DNA of 64,000 nt from positions 186,001 through 250,000 of IMG/VR virus record IMGVR_UViG_3300009181_000033; one strand, 5' to 3'. This document shows, piece by piece, positions 1-10,256 of this stretch (positions are counted from its first letter, which is position 1; each line of letters opens with the position of its first letter). A model generated the notes under the pieces. The model searched no databases, was not told the origin of the DNA, and saw only the letters and a list, made by a program, of their open reading frames with translations. The translations under genes were made by a program, and so were the position numbers.

Positions 1-2580
1 TCTGGTCGTTTAGGTCGATGTTCTTCGGATCCATGTGCTTATCAAACCAAGCACGAACCTGTGCGAAAGTCGGATTCTCGATACCTTCACGGCGCTGGAG
101 GATGAGCGAAATGCATCGCTCAATAATCCTCAAGGTTTCAAGGCCAAGGAGGTCGAACTTAATCCAACCGAGCTCCTCAAGGTGCTTGGCAGCCATGCCT
201 TCGGCCCATGGAGTCTGAGGCTCGCCCCTCGCAAGAATCAGAGGCATCCTTTCTGCGATGTTTTCAGAAACAATGACTCCTCCAGCATGGCGACCCAAGG
301 ACCTGTTCTGTCGAAAGAGAATCTTGATGGGATCGGCAACCTCGGGATGAGCCGCAATGAAGTTCTGGAGGGACTTCGAATATTGAATGGCGTCCTCGTA
401 AGAGAGGACGAAGCTGTTCTTGTCATGTCCTGGCTTGAAGATGACCTTTTTGACATCATCCTCGATCGGTGCCATGGCAGCGTTGACCTCCTCGAATGGA
501 ATTCCATAGAACTTAGAAATGTCCTTGATGAGGCTCTTCAGCTTGAAGGTGTTGTAATTGGAGATCGGAATGACATTCTCGTTGCCAAAGTTCTTTCGGA
601 GCAACTCAATCAACCTGTCTCGGTCGGAGATATCACTATCGATATCAGGGAATCCTGAATTGTGTGTCAGCGTCCAATTTGTTCCTGATGTAGAAACCCA
701 AAAAGTGTGATCTTCATCAACTTCAATGTCAATCAAATTGACATCATTCTCATGATCAATGATCTCGATCTTGTTGATCTTTGTAGGCTCTTGTTGAACA
801 AAGAAATTATCCATTGGCAGTATGTGCTGTGCTTGAACTTCAATTTGTTTGCCTTCCCTTAGGACTAACCAAATATGATTTGGTGAACATTCGAAAATAT
901 TAGAGCTCACATGAAGTCTGTATGTTTTCTTAGAGTTAGAATTAAATTTCTTTTTGATTTTTCGAGGAACTAAAGAACCCCCAACAACAACATCACCTTC
1001 AACTAGCTCTTCGATTTTTTTATGCCCGCTCGGTGTTTTCACCAAAGTCCCAGGCAAAAGACATCGATGGGGATTCATGAATCTCTCGAAAGGAAGATCA
1101 TATTCGATAGGATCGAGGTTGGTAATGCCAAGGACGTATGCAACGAGAGCACCAGCAGCAGAGCCACGACCAGGACCAATCAACATGTTTTCCCTGGCGA
1201 TGTCGAGAATCTTTTTCATGGTCAAGAAGTAATTGGAGAACTTCTTGTCCTTGATGATCTTCAGCTCGTACTTGAGTCGATCGATGTATTCCTGCTTGTC
1301 CTCCAAACCTCGCCAAACAAGACCCTTCTTGCAAGCCTCGACTAGAGCCTTGTCTTCAGTTAGTCCCTCAGGAATGGCATAGGAAGGCAGCTTCATGGAT
1401 CGATCAGGGTGTGCCTCCTGCAGCTCATTATGAACGATGTCGTGTGTCCTCTCGATTGCATCACAAACAATCGTATCATCATAGAAGGACATTCCTTCTG
1501 TTGTCTTACGATAGGTGTCCCAAAGCTGTGTGGCATTCTTGGGATAAAGCTCACACTTTAGATCTTCTACGGTTTGAGGAAGATCCTTGGGATTGAAACT
1601 CTGATAGTTCAACCACCCAAGCTTCTTATAGATCTCCCTCTCCCGCCAGTGCTCAGGTCGAGAATAGTGAGAGTCACAAGTGACAACAAGGCGGTCAGTC
1701 AAGGAATTTCGCTTGGCAAATTCGATGATCGCGCGGTTGGCAAGGTGCTGCGCTGACAGCTTGTTAAACTGAATCTCGAGACAGACGTTTTCCTTACCAA
1801 CCGCATCAGAGAGTCGATCGTAGGTGTTGCCCATGGAATTGAGCACCTTTTCCATGAGAGACTGATCGTTGAGCAAGTCATGCTTCAGATCATCGAATGG
1901 AATCTTCTGGAGCTGCTCAAAGATATCGTAACAAAGTGGGCCACCAAGGCATGCTGTGCTCACCATAAGGTGGCCACCCTTGGCAGCTTCCTTCAACATG
2001 GAATAGTCGACCCTGGGGAAACGATAGAAGCCCTCCAGATACCCTCTAGAAACGAGGTGAAATAGTCTCTGCAATCCCACAGATGTTTTTGGAAGAACGA
2101 CCAGATGATGACGTCGCTTCACCGGATCGTTATATTTGCCGGACTTGGTCTCGTCCTCGTTCTCGATTGTGAGAGTGGAATCCTCGGTGCCAACGTCGAC
2201 AGTTTCGTCGTTGCCATCGACAACGGCAACGATAGGAGTGACAATGGATTCATCCTTGACGGGCTTCGTCTTAGACTTTTCCAAGTCTCTCTGCCATTGT
2301 GAGAGATCAGGGTGAACATACATCTCACAGCCATTGATGACCTTAAAGTTCTTACCTGCTTTCTTCAGTTTTTCTGAATAGAGATAGGCGTAACCATAAC
2401 CGTTCATTTGTCCATGGTCGGTCAAGGACCAGGCATCCATGCCGTTCTCCATGACGAAATCCATGTGATCTTGAGGGAAATCCATTCCATCAAAGGTCGT
2501 TACGAGAATCCGCTGTGCCCATGCATTCCAGCGAATCTGGTTGGCATGGACACGGGATTCTTTTTTCCTCCTGTGTTCAT
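1..2580 (-). CDS. dnaE: DNA polymerase III alpha subunit (family C), 3' end outside window; frame broken by 5 extra nt at 2498-2502; contains a mini-intein
   Basis: Manual translation (absent from the ORF track because no stop lies in the window). RBS AAGGAAAAGGAAAT, ATG at 2580, MNTGGKKNPVSMPTRFAGMHGHSGFS-stop. A second frame, open 2497 to 1, reads TFDG..SLTDHG..GCEMY..TCDSHY..GPGRGSAAGALVAYVLGIT..FERFMNPHR[intein]SGFPDIDSD..GRHAGGV..KFDLLGL. Confidence 0.95.
659..1063 (-). mobile_element. Contiguous mini-intein (135 aa, no endonuclease) in DnaE
   Basis: Starts CLLPGTLVKTPSG, block B-like CSPNH, ends DIEVDEDHTFW..LTHN then Ser; removal restores FERFMNPHR-SGFPDID. Confidence 0.93.
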
Positions 2581-2592
2581 ATTTCCTTTTCC

Positions 2593-3519
2593 TTATTTAC
2601 CTTCCCAGAGTGGGATGAGGTTTTTATACCTTACCTTAAGGTCTTCGTATTTTGCACCATCGATTAGTTCTATTTTGACATCTGGGTGATCCTGATTCAG
2701 GAGTGAAAGTTTTTCTTCACAAATTTTTGTCATTCGGCCCTTTAGTTCATAATAGACCCCTTCGCACAAAAAGTCTGGGGTGTATATTTTGCCATTCGAA
2801 AGCAAAAAAGAAGTTGGCTCGTATTCCCATGATTTGCCGCAATAATTCAAAATTCTGGCAAAATTTGCCTCCCAACAGCTTCTAAAATAAGCGTCATTCA
2901 AATCGTGTCGTGTTCCTCCCCTTGCCGACGTGTAATGAGTTTCTCTTTTGGTTCGAACTCTTTTTGAAGCAGAAATGCTCATTTTTAGCCGAGCATCATC
3001 AGACGGTTTCCTGCCTTTGTGTAAAGATGAAGCAAATTCCCGACCACGGCGTGTTTTTGACCAGTGTTCTTCACCGTGGTTTTTTATGCTAGTTTGTTTG
3101 ATCTTTTCAGGAATGGTTCCATTCGCCCACAGCTTCTTCACAGATTCGGAAATTTTTTGACGAACTTCATCAGTGAATGGATTCCATCCCGACTCGTATT
3201 TTTTCAATAACGCATTTGACAATTTTTCGTTTTGCAAAGATGTTCTGGAATAAGAACCGTTATTTTTACGTGTTTCAACCATGGAAGAAAGAACACAGTC
3301 CAAGCATTTCATGACTTCTTTCTTCTTTGAAGTGTCAAAAAAAGAGCTGCCGCACTTAAGGCAAGTTTTCTCCACTGATTCGTGCTCAGTGTATCTGGTT
3401 CTTGCTCTCAATGCATAAGAGCACTTTGTGGAACACGTTCTTTTATCCGGTACCGACAATTTCTTTTTTTCATACTGAAACTCAGTGTTACAAACTTCGC
3501 ATTTTTTTATCAAAAGCAT
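2593..3519 (-). CDS. Putative free-standing homing endonuclease (Zn fingers, NUMOD3-like repeats, PD-(D/E)xK domain)
   Basis: CxxC pairs, HKGRKPSDDARLKMS, RSCWEANFARIL..WEYEP..YTPDF..YELKG; start moved to ATG 3519 behind GGAGG. Confidence 0.75.
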   Translation of the reverse strand: MLLIKKCEVCNTEFQYEKKKLSVPDKRTCSTKCSYALRARTRYTEHESVEKTCLKCGSSFFDTSKKKEVMKCLDCVLSSMVETRKNNGSYSRTSLQNEKLSNALLKKYESGWNPFTDEVRQKISESVKKLWANGTIPEKIKQTSIKNHGEEHWSKTRRGREFASSLHKGRKPSDDARLKMSISASKRVRTKRETHYTSARGGTRHDLNDAYFRSCWEANFARILNYCGKSWEYEPTSFLLSNGKIYTPDFLCEGVYYELKGRMTKICEEKLSLLNQDHPDVKIELIDGAKYEDLKVRYKNLIPLWEGK

Positions 3520-3600
3520 TGCATCAACCTCCAAACATAAATATGCCTTGGGCCAACACAAACACACTGGGTATTCAATATTTAGATTAATTCGCCGAAG

Positions 3601-3972
3601 TCAGTAACCGTTTTCAATTCTTTCGATGTTGACTTTGCCCTTCTTTATGTAAGCCTCGTAGAGCTCATCCACAGAAATCCCACTTGAAATTACAATCTCG
3701 AAGAAATAGTGGAGAGTATCGACCAGCTCCTCGACATAATGTTCCTTATCAAACTCGGATAACTCAGTGGCACGATGATCCTTTGAATTCCTCAGCAATA
3801 GATTTGCTTCAAATAATTCGTGCATGCATTCATGTGTGATTCCTTTTAGGAACTTCTGCCCGGCCTTGGAGGTTGGATCCACGGGAAAATCAGGAAAATT
3901 TCGCTTCTTCTGAAGAAGTCGCATAAAATCTTTCTGCTGAACATACATGCTTTCTAGTTTGTCTTTGCTCAT
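3601..3972 (-). CDS. MazG-like / all-alpha NTP pyrophosphatase
   Basis: ECMHELFEA..EELVDTLHY..Y..K..N..R pattern. Confidence 0.75.
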   Translation of the reverse strand: MSKDKLESMYVQQKDFMRLLQKKRNFPDFPVDPTSKAGQKFLKGITHECMHELFEANLLLRNSKDHRATELSEFDKEHYVEELVDTLHYFFEIVISSGISVDELYEAYIKKGKVNIERIENGY

Positions 3973-4002
3973 GCTGATATTCTAAAAACCAACTCATCAA
4001 AT

Positions 4003-4962
4003 TTACATTGTTACAATTTCAGATAAATAATCGATTGTTTTTTGCAAGCCTTCGTCCAGTTGAACCTTTGGCTCCCATCCTAGCAAATTTTTGGCCAATG
4101 TTATATCAGGTTTTCTTTGCAGGGGGTCATCGGCTGGCAGCGCTTTATGCTCTATTTCACAACCAAATTTTTGTTGAATTTTCAAGGCAAGTTCTTTGAT
4201 GGTAAATTCATTTGGATTTCCAATGTTAATTGGTCCGCCAGGGTTTTTTGGCAATGCAGCCAACTTTAAAATTCCATCTATAAGATCATCAACATAGCAG
4301 AAAGACCTCGTCTGTTGCCCCTCTCCATATATCGTCAATGGTTGCTTTTTTAGTGCTTGGCTTATGAAGTTAGTAATTACTCTTCCGTCGTCAGGATCCA
4401 TGTGGGGACCATATGTGTTGAATATCCTAACGAGCCTAGCATCAATTCCATGCTTGTTAAAGTAATCATAACAAAGGGCCTCTGCAGCGCGCTTGCCTTC
4501 ATCATAACAAGATCTGGGGCCATATGAATTCACATGTCCCCTGTAGGTCTCTGGCTGTGGAGAAACAGAAGGATCTCCATAGACTTCTGAGGTCGATGAA
4601 TGAACTACAACCGTGCTTGAATCTGCACACTTTAGAACATTATTCGTGCCAACAACACATGTGAGGGTCGTTTCGATAGGAATGCTTTGATATCTCGGAG
4701 GAGAAGCAGGACAAGCAAAGTTATAGATGACATCAAGTCGTATGTTTGAAAAATATGAAGGAAACTTTGGGGAGCATATGTCATCAGAGATGAAATAATA
4801 GTGTCCGTTGTTGTTATTTAATAAATCCCTATGATGTCTTGAAAGAGGATTAGAAGAAGAAAAGTTGTCAACACCATAGACCCTATCACCTTGGTTGACA
4901 TGATGTCTTACTAGGTGACTGCCCAAAAACCCTGCTGCTCCGGTGACCAAAACGTGTTTCAT
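4003..4962 (-). CDS. UDP-glucuronate decarboxylase-like NAD-dependent epimerase/dehydratase
   Basis: VLVTGAAGFLGSHL, ACPASP, STSEVYGDP, RSCYDEGKR, RIFNTYGP, DDP..RKPDI. Confidence 0.9.
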   Translation of the reverse strand: MKHVLVTGAAGFLGSHLVRHHVNQGDRVYGVDNFSSSNPLSRHHRDLLNNNNGHYYFISDDICSPKFPSYFSNIRLDVIYNFACPASPPRYQSIPIETTLTCVVGTNNVLKCADSSTVVVHSSTSEVYGDPSVSPQPETYRGHVNSYGPRSCYDEGKRAAEALCYDYFNKHGIDARLVRIFNTYGPHMDPDDGRVITNFISQALKKQPLTIYGEGQQTRSFCYVDDLIDGILKLAALPKNPGGPINIGNPNEFTIKELALKIQQKFGCEIEHKALPADDPLQRKPDITLAKNLLGWEPKVQLDEGLQKTIDYLSEIVTM

Positions 4963-4976
4963 CGCTCTCCAATATG

Positions 4977-5726
4977 CTATGCTTGTTCTGGCCAGTTAAT
5001 ATAAGACACATATTCACAATGGTCAACTGTCCCGCCTCTTCTTAGGTTGGGAACTTTTCTCCTGGCCACAAATTCCCACTTGTAAGGGAATATGTTGGAC
5101 GCACCATCACCATATGTCATAATAATTGGATTGCTTGTGCTTCTTATTAAATCCAAGGTGTCGGTGGCAACGTATGTTTTTTCATGATTCTTCTTGTGTT
5201 TTTCAACATATCCGCCGACCGTGTTGATGTAAGGTGGATCAACAAATAACATGTCACCATCTTGGTGCTTGTAGTCGTTGGCACTTCCATGTATGACTTC
5301 AATGTCCTTCAAGCGTGACAAACAAGCTATGGTCTGTTCTATTGGCAGATTAAATTGAGGATATATCTTCCAGGAGTTCAGCTGCCCTACGACAACGCCT
5401 GTCACATTGATTCTGACGTATGTCTGTGGGCCAATCTCTAATTTCATCAGCCTAACATCAGGCTTTATTATTTCGGAATTTTCTCGCTTAAATGCTCTAA
5501 ATTGATCGTCAAATTCCTTCAGCTCAACAGCTGAGCTTTTTTGCAACCACTTCCACATTTCTACTATGTCACCATTTGCCTCATAACCTAAGCCTGGCAA
5601 ATCTGTTGAGAGGAGATAGGCACCTGATCCAAGATATGGCTCAACAACTCTTTTCGTCCCAGCTAGAGGCTTCCTATAATGTTTAACGTAACGTTGTTTG
5701 TTACCGCTGTAACGAAAAAGTCTCAT
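4977..5726 (-). CDS. DNA adenine methyltransferase (Dam/D12-like)
   Basis: YSGNK, EPYLGSGA (motif I), DPPY (motif IV). Confidence 0.8.
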   Translation of the reverse strand: MRLFRYSGNKQRYVKHYRKPLAGTKRVVEPYLGSGAYLLSTDLPGLGYEANGDIVEMWKWLQKSSAVELKEFDDQFRAFKRENSEIIKPDVRLMKLEIGPQTYVRINVTGVVVGQLNSWKIYPQFNLPIEQTIACLSRLKDIEVIHGSANDYKHQDGDMLFVDPPYINTVGGYVEKHKKNHEKTYVATDTLDLIRSTSNPIIMTYGDGASNIFPYKWEFVARRKVPNLRRGGTVDHCEYVSYINWPEQA

Positions 5727-5796
5727 ATTTTGCTCCTAAGCAATAAAACAAATGATACAATAAAACTATATATAGTACAGCACTTAGGGACTAAAA

Positions 5797-6336
5797 ATGA
5801 ATAGAATAGCTAAAAAACTATATGAAACCTTCGGAGAACCGATTGGCAGCTATGCAGGAGAAGCGCCGGTGGGTGTTCGAAATGAAGGCGGACCTTGCCC
5901 GGACTGTGGAATGATGCCAATTGCTGGAAGGTGCGGTTGTGAAGCTGATTCGAGCGGTGTCTGTTCGAAGTGTGGAATGATGCCGCTAGATGGAATATGT
6001 GAGTGTTATAGTAGTGGTCGACACGTCAACGAATCATCTTGTGTTTGCGGTGGCAATGGAATGAAACAAGGTGCATCTTGCGAATGCGGAATGAGAGAAA
6101 TGGAAACATGCAGCCAGTGCGGTGGCATGGTTGAAGACGGAATGTGTGAGTGTGGTGGAGGAATGTACGAAACCAAAAAAAAAGGGCCGTCCAAGAAGAC
6201 AGCCCAAAAAATTCTCCGTGGAACGAAGACATTCAAAGATAAAATAAAAAAAGTTTCCAGCTGGGCGGATGATCCTGAAGCTGCCGCAGCCTGGATGATG
6301 AAGAAGGCCACCGGAAAGTGGCCTTCAGAAAAATAA
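5797..6336 (+). CDS. Cys-rich repeat protein with basic C-terminus
   Basis: 16 Cys in four Cx(1-2)CG..CxC units; AGGGA RBS; only plus-strand gene in this region. Confidence 0.7.
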   Translation: MNRIAKKLYETFGEPIGSYAGEAPVGVRNEGGPCPDCGMMPIAGRCGCEADSSGVCSKCGMMPLDGICECYSSGRHVNESSCVCGGNGMKQGASCECGMREMETCSQCGGMVEDGMCECGGGMYETKKKGPSKKTAQKILRGTKTFKDKIKKVSSWADDPEAAAAWMMKKATGKWPSEK

Positions 6337-6338
6337 TC

Positions 6339-7265
6339 TTAGAGTATAGCGAAGGCCGCATCCAGCTCTTGTGGTTGGTATAAGCCGGCCAAGTTGTCTT
6401 CGATATATTGGCGAGATTCTTCAGACGCCAGATCAACACCCATTTCTTGGGCTGCTCCAATGAAATCAAAACACTTGGAAATGAAGTTTGCAATCACTTC
6501 AGGTCCAGAGCCACTAGGAGGCGGCACAGCCATTCTGCCACCTAGCGTAGCAAATCTCCTTATTGGTGTTTCTGAGACAAATCCCCAATCACCACTCATC
6601 CAAGCGTTCATTTCTTCAGAAGTGATCCTAGCATGTGCCTCGTTCATCAATCCGCCACGACTTCCCCTAGATTCCTGTGTTGCCATAATTTCAGGTTGCA
6701 CAACGCCAACACCAGCATGTGAATGTCCAGAAGACCTCATTGCCTCATCTCCAGCAAGATAATCCTTGACATGCTCGAGGTCGGTATGAGCCGAAGCCAC
6801 AAGATCTTGAACCCAACCAGGAAGCTGATCTCCGGCATCTAGAAGTTCACAAATGGTCTTGGCCATTTCCTTGATGTCGTACATGCGAGATTTAATCATG
6901 TATCCTTCATCATCCATTGGGTGCCCTGATTCATAACCATGAAGGAAGCGCTGGGGATCTTTTTCTCCCTTGGCAAGGGAAACTTCTTCCTTGATAATAC
7001 GACGGAGTTGAAGCGGAGAGAGTTTTGCTATTTTTCCTTCTGGCACAACTGGGGATTTTTGTGACTTTACCCAGCAATTAGTGCAAACATCAGGCATGTC
7101 GTCTGAAGCTCCTTGACACCAGCAAGCCTCTTGACCGCAAGACGTACACATAAAAGTTTCATCTTTGCCGTAGACACAGTCTTCTGTGTGTTGTTCGGGA
7201 ATATTCGAAACAAGTGCCATTTCTTCTTTAATAATCTTGTGGAGTTGTGATACTGTTAGCTTCAT
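6339..7265 (-). CDS. Hypothetical protein, probable head-internal protein
   Basis: N-terminal MKLTVSQLHKIIKEE and internal KLSPLQLRRIIKEE; Cys cluster. Confidence 0.65.
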   Translation of the reverse strand: MKLTVSQLHKIIKEEMALVSNIPEQHTEDCVYGKDETFMCTSCGQEACWCQGASDDMPDVCTNCWVKSQKSPVVPEGKIAKLSPLQLRRIIKEEVSLAKGEKDPQRFLHGYESGHPMDDEGYMIKSRMYDIKEMAKTICELLDAGDQLPGWVQDLVASAHTDLEHVKDYLAGDEAMRSSGHSHAGVGVVQPEIMATQESRGSRGGLMNEAHARITSEEMNAWMSGDWGFVSETPIRRFATLGGRMAVPPPSGSGPEVIANFISKCFDFIGAAQEMGVDLASEESRQYIEDNLAGLYQPQELDAAFAIL

Positions 7266-7813
7266 TGCTGTAAAACCCTTTGCTTTAGCAAGTAAACATG
7301 TCCTTCATGACGATCTTCAATGCCTTGAAGCATATTGTCCAGACCACGGGTGAGAGTTCCACACTCCTTGAGGCAGTCTGCCAAGTGAGCCATTACCTTC
7401 AAGAAGTTCATTTCAGCAAGATAGGATCGCTTTGCAAGCTCGGCAGGTGAAGGCATGGTAGTTGTCATGCCATAGTTCTTGACCAATTTCATGACCTGTG
7501 ATGTAGTCAACATAAGATCAACATTGGCGGTTGAACCAAGGCCAATTGCCTTTTCTGCCACCGTGTCTATGTCTTCGATTGTTTCCTCATATAATTTAGA
7601 GAACAATAAGTGATCCCCATAGAACGGATCACCCTTTGTTACCCAGTGGTGATTTTGATGAACAAGGGCCAAGAACTTAAGATAAACGAGAGCAACAGAT
7701 AACTGGGGGTATGGCGTCGAACCCCACTCTGAAATAAAATTGTCGGTAACAATATTAAGATTTGGCTCAACAACAATGGCCATCTCGAATGTTTCTGAAA
7801 GTCTTCTCTTCAT
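7262..7813 (-). CDS. dps: Dps/ferritin-like protein
   Basis: HHWVTKGDPFYGDHLLFSKLYEE..DTVAEK ferroxidase pattern. Confidence 0.75.
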   Translation of the reverse strand: MKRRLSETFEMAIVVEPNLNIVTDNFISEWGSTPYPQLSVALVYLKFLALVHQNHHWVTKGDPFYGDHLLFSKLYEETIEDIDTVAEKAIGLGSTANVDLMLTTSQVMKLVKNYGMTTTMPSPAELAKRSYLAEMNFLKVMAHLADCLKECGTLTRGLDNMLQGIEDRHEGHVYLLKQRVLQQ

Positions 7814-8964
7814 CACTTTAGCTCCATATTAAACCCAATGAGATTGATTGCTCCGGGATGGGGTGACCAGGAAAGCTTATATGGTTCGCCCGCCATCCTC
7901 TGCTGTGTGTTCCAAGAATCAACGTATTTATCCAATACAGTTTCAACCCTGGAATTAAAGGTAACGCCCTGGGGCAGCCTTCCAAGAACAGGAATCTGTG
8001 TCTCTTTATTGTTGCCTTCGCCAATCAAGTATTTCTTAATTCCTGCAGGCACTGTGGACTTCTTAATCCCAAACACATTTTCGGCTTTCTTGACGTAGTC
8101 CCTACTTGACAATCTGTTCTCGACCAAGGAAGAAATGGGATCATTAACATCTTCTTCGATGATGGGCATTACAGCCTCTTCAAGATATGAACCTCTACGT
8201 AACCTATTCGCCAAAGAGAACAATGAGCCTTCTCCAAGAATTGCTTCTTCACGCTCTTCGATGCAATCGTAAATTGCATCCAATAGTTTTTGACGATCAA
8301 TCTTTGCATTGGAGACAGCGGCATAGCCAGCAGAAAACCTGGTTGCCAAGGCCTCTTCCCACTGACCTTCTAAATTAGCTCCATAATCAGAGCAAAGCTT
8401 GTGAGCAATTCTCTTGTACCATTCAACCGTGTGCTCCTCTTCTTTGGGACCCTTGGCCGCATCACCCATGAGTTCACCATTCATGTCAAACGGATCTGTT
8501 ACGGGCTTTGGATCGGGAAGGCCTGCCTCTTGAAGTCTCTTGTTTTTTGCAATTAAACGAAGTGCATCATCTCCTGGATAGCGCCTGACTGACTCCTGTA
8601 CAAGGGAGTGTGGGAGACGCTTTGCAGCTGCACATCTCACCACAGAATCATTGTCGCCCAAAAATTTAACGACATGTTTCTCCGGCAAAAGCCTAGCAAC
8701 AAGCTTTCTCACATCAGGGTGTACGCTGTTGGCAACCTCCAAAAGGGTTGATAATTTAAAAGAACCTTGACGCGGAAATCTGCCGGTTCCCTCGAGGAGA
8801 TCCAAGTGTTCGTTGAAACACTTTACCAAATAACGATGACTGCCAGTCAGGGTGACAGCAGGGCCTAGAACTCTAAACATCTCATCACGAAGATTGTTTA
8901 AAGACTTTTCTTCTTTTATAGTCGTCTTAGCGACGGTCTGTAGCTCTCTAAGCTTCAGTTGCAT
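7813..8964 (-). CDS. Hypothetical protein with HEAT-like repeats
   Basis: 383-aa ORF, GGAGG RBS; HPDVRKLVARLL / DSVVRCAAAKRL. Confidence 0.6.
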   Translation of the reverse strand: MQLKLRELQTVAKTTIKEEKSLNNLRDEMFRVLGPAVTLTGSHRYLVKCFNEHLDLLEGTGRFPRQGSFKLSTLLEVANSVHPDVRKLVARLLPEKHVVKFLGDNDSVVRCAAAKRLPHSLVQESVRRYPGDDALRLIAKNKRLQEAGLPDPKPVTDPFDMNGELMGDAAKGPKEEEHTVEWYKRIAHKLCSDYGANLEGQWEEALATRFSAGYAAVSNAKIDRQKLLDAIYDCIEEREEAILGEGSLFSLANRLRRGSYLEEAVMPIIEEDVNDPISSLVENRLSSRDYVKKAENVFGIKKSTVPAGIKKYLIGEGNNKETQIPVLGRLPQGVTFNSRVETVLDKYVDSWNTQQRMAGEPYKLSWSPHPGAINLIGFNMELK

Positions 8965-9024
8965 AATTGGCTGAACTCCTCCGAATAAGTATTATGATAT
9001 TACACAATTTAGAAAAAACAGCAA

Positions 9025-9213
9025 TTATTCGCTTGTTAATTTCATGTCTTTTGCCCATTTACGTATTTTTTTCTTCACGTCATCCGGAACATAGACACTC
9101 TTTTGGATAAAAGCAGGATCATTCAATAGTTCAATTTCATAATCTTCTTCAGGGTGTGAGCCGCCCAGACTTTCCCGTATCATCTTTCGAAGCTGTCCAA
9201 TTGTTATTTGCAT
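9025..9213 (-). CDS. Small hypothetical protein with shared N-terminal motif
   Basis: MQITIGQLRKMIRESL; ATATTTA 4 nt upstream. Confidence 0.6.
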   Translation of the reverse strand: MQITIGQLRKMIRESLGGSHPEEDYEIELLNDPAFIQKSVYVPDDVKKKIRKWAKDMKLTSE

Positions 9214-9223
9214 CAAATAAATA

Positions 9224-9748
9224 TCATGGATTTAAAAAGAAATTGTCCCAATCGTTGTGCCAATTCAAAGTTTTTGAATTTTCCCAAAAATGCGCGACCT
9301 TGGGTTCAGTTGGATTCTTTTTTAGTGACATTCCTGTTTCAGAAAGAGACCTGTGTCCTTTTTGTGAATTGCATCTCTTACAAGAAGCCACACAGTTTTT
9401 CCAAGATGTTGTTCCACCTTTGCACCGTGGAACGACATGATCGACAGTTATTGAAACCCAATCCAATTTGGCAAAGCAATATTGGCACTGCCAATTATCT
9501 CGATTAAAAAGAACTCTCTTTCTAAATCGAGGTGCGGAATATCTTCTATTTACTCTTTCAAGAAGTCTAACAGTAACTGGAACGGCATAGCTTTTTGTCG
9601 AAGTTGTTAATTGATCATCCCAAAAACTTGGATTTTCTCCTGTCGAAATAACCTCGGCACGGCCCTTGAATAATAAATTAAGGGCTCTTATTCCACTTAC
9701 AAAGTTTAGTGGCATCCAGTCTGAATTGAGAAGAAGAACCTTTTTCAT
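9224..9748 (-). CDS. HNH endonuclease (McrA-like)
   Basis: RDNWQCQYC..TVDHVVPRCKGGTTSWKNCVASCKRCNSQKG. Confidence 0.9.
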   Translation of the reverse strand: MKKVLLLNSDWMPLNFVSGIRALNLLFKGRAEVISTGENPSFWDDQLTTSTKSYAVPVTVRLLERVNRRYSAPRFRKRVLFNRDNWQCQYCFAKLDWVSITVDHVVPRCKGGTTSWKNCVASCKRCNSQKGHRSLSETGMSLKKNPTEPKVAHFWENSKTLNWHNDWDNFFLNP

Positions 9749-9802
9749 GGCAACACTTATAAATTAAGTATTGAAATCAAGTATACTCAATGCTATTTTG
9801 AT

Positions 9803-10201
9803 TCAATCCAAACAAATTGGACACAAAGTACGTATCCAACCATCATTCGTTTTCTTTCCTGGTGACCCACAATTCTCACACGTTTTATTGGAGAGAGATT
9901 CTGCCAATCTAGTCATGGCGTAAATTTCTTCATCCCCGCCGTAATAATAGAAACTAAGACCACCAAATTTTTCCTTGACCTGAACAGCTGTTACCTGAAG
10001 CTCTTCCTTTTCCTCAGGGAGTAGGTCTTTCTTTCTATCAATGTGACTTTGAATGCAACCACACAAGGAATCAATAATGTTGAACCAGCCATCTCCGCAT
10101 TCAAATCCCCACCATCTACCTGGATTTCCTGGAGGAGTTCTTTTCAAATTAAAAATGAGTGGATACTTGTTGCAAAGTTGCTCTTCTTTTTCGGGACTCA
10201 T
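9803..10201 (-). CDS. Conserved phage hypothetical protein with C-terminal Zn ribbon
   Basis: ECGDGW..QVKEKFGGLSFY..CENCG..LCPIC; start at ATG 10201, 6 nt after TATCAT. Confidence 0.7.
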   Translation of the reverse strand: MSPEKEEQLCNKYPLIFNLKRTPPGNPGRWWGFECGDGWFNIIDSLCGCIQSHIDRKKDLLPEEKEELQVTAVQVKEKFGGLSFYYYGGDEEIYAMTRLAESLSNKTCENCGSPGKKTNDGWIRTLCPICLD

Positions 10202-10256
10202 GGCTACATGATACAACTAAAATCAACAAGTATCCACTAATTTTTGAAGTATGTTT

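Noticed and set aside
35-2302. Plus-strand ORFs over the dnaE region
   Set aside because: Antisense shadows of the unlisted minus-strand dnaE frame; no motifs or RBS.
2498-2502. TAACG as a group I intron (starts TAA, ends G)
   Set aside because: Too short to fold, the exon would end in G rather than U, and no intron core is visible nearby; an intron-deletion scar cannot be excluded.
2500-2502. Genome-wide stop codon reassignment
   Set aside because: TAA, TAG and TGA all end intact genes, and read-through would not fix the frame change.
5763-5778. NrdR-box-like palindrome AAACTATATATAGTAC
   Set aside because: Single copy, far from the RNR genes; more simply an AT-rich promoter in a divergent gap.
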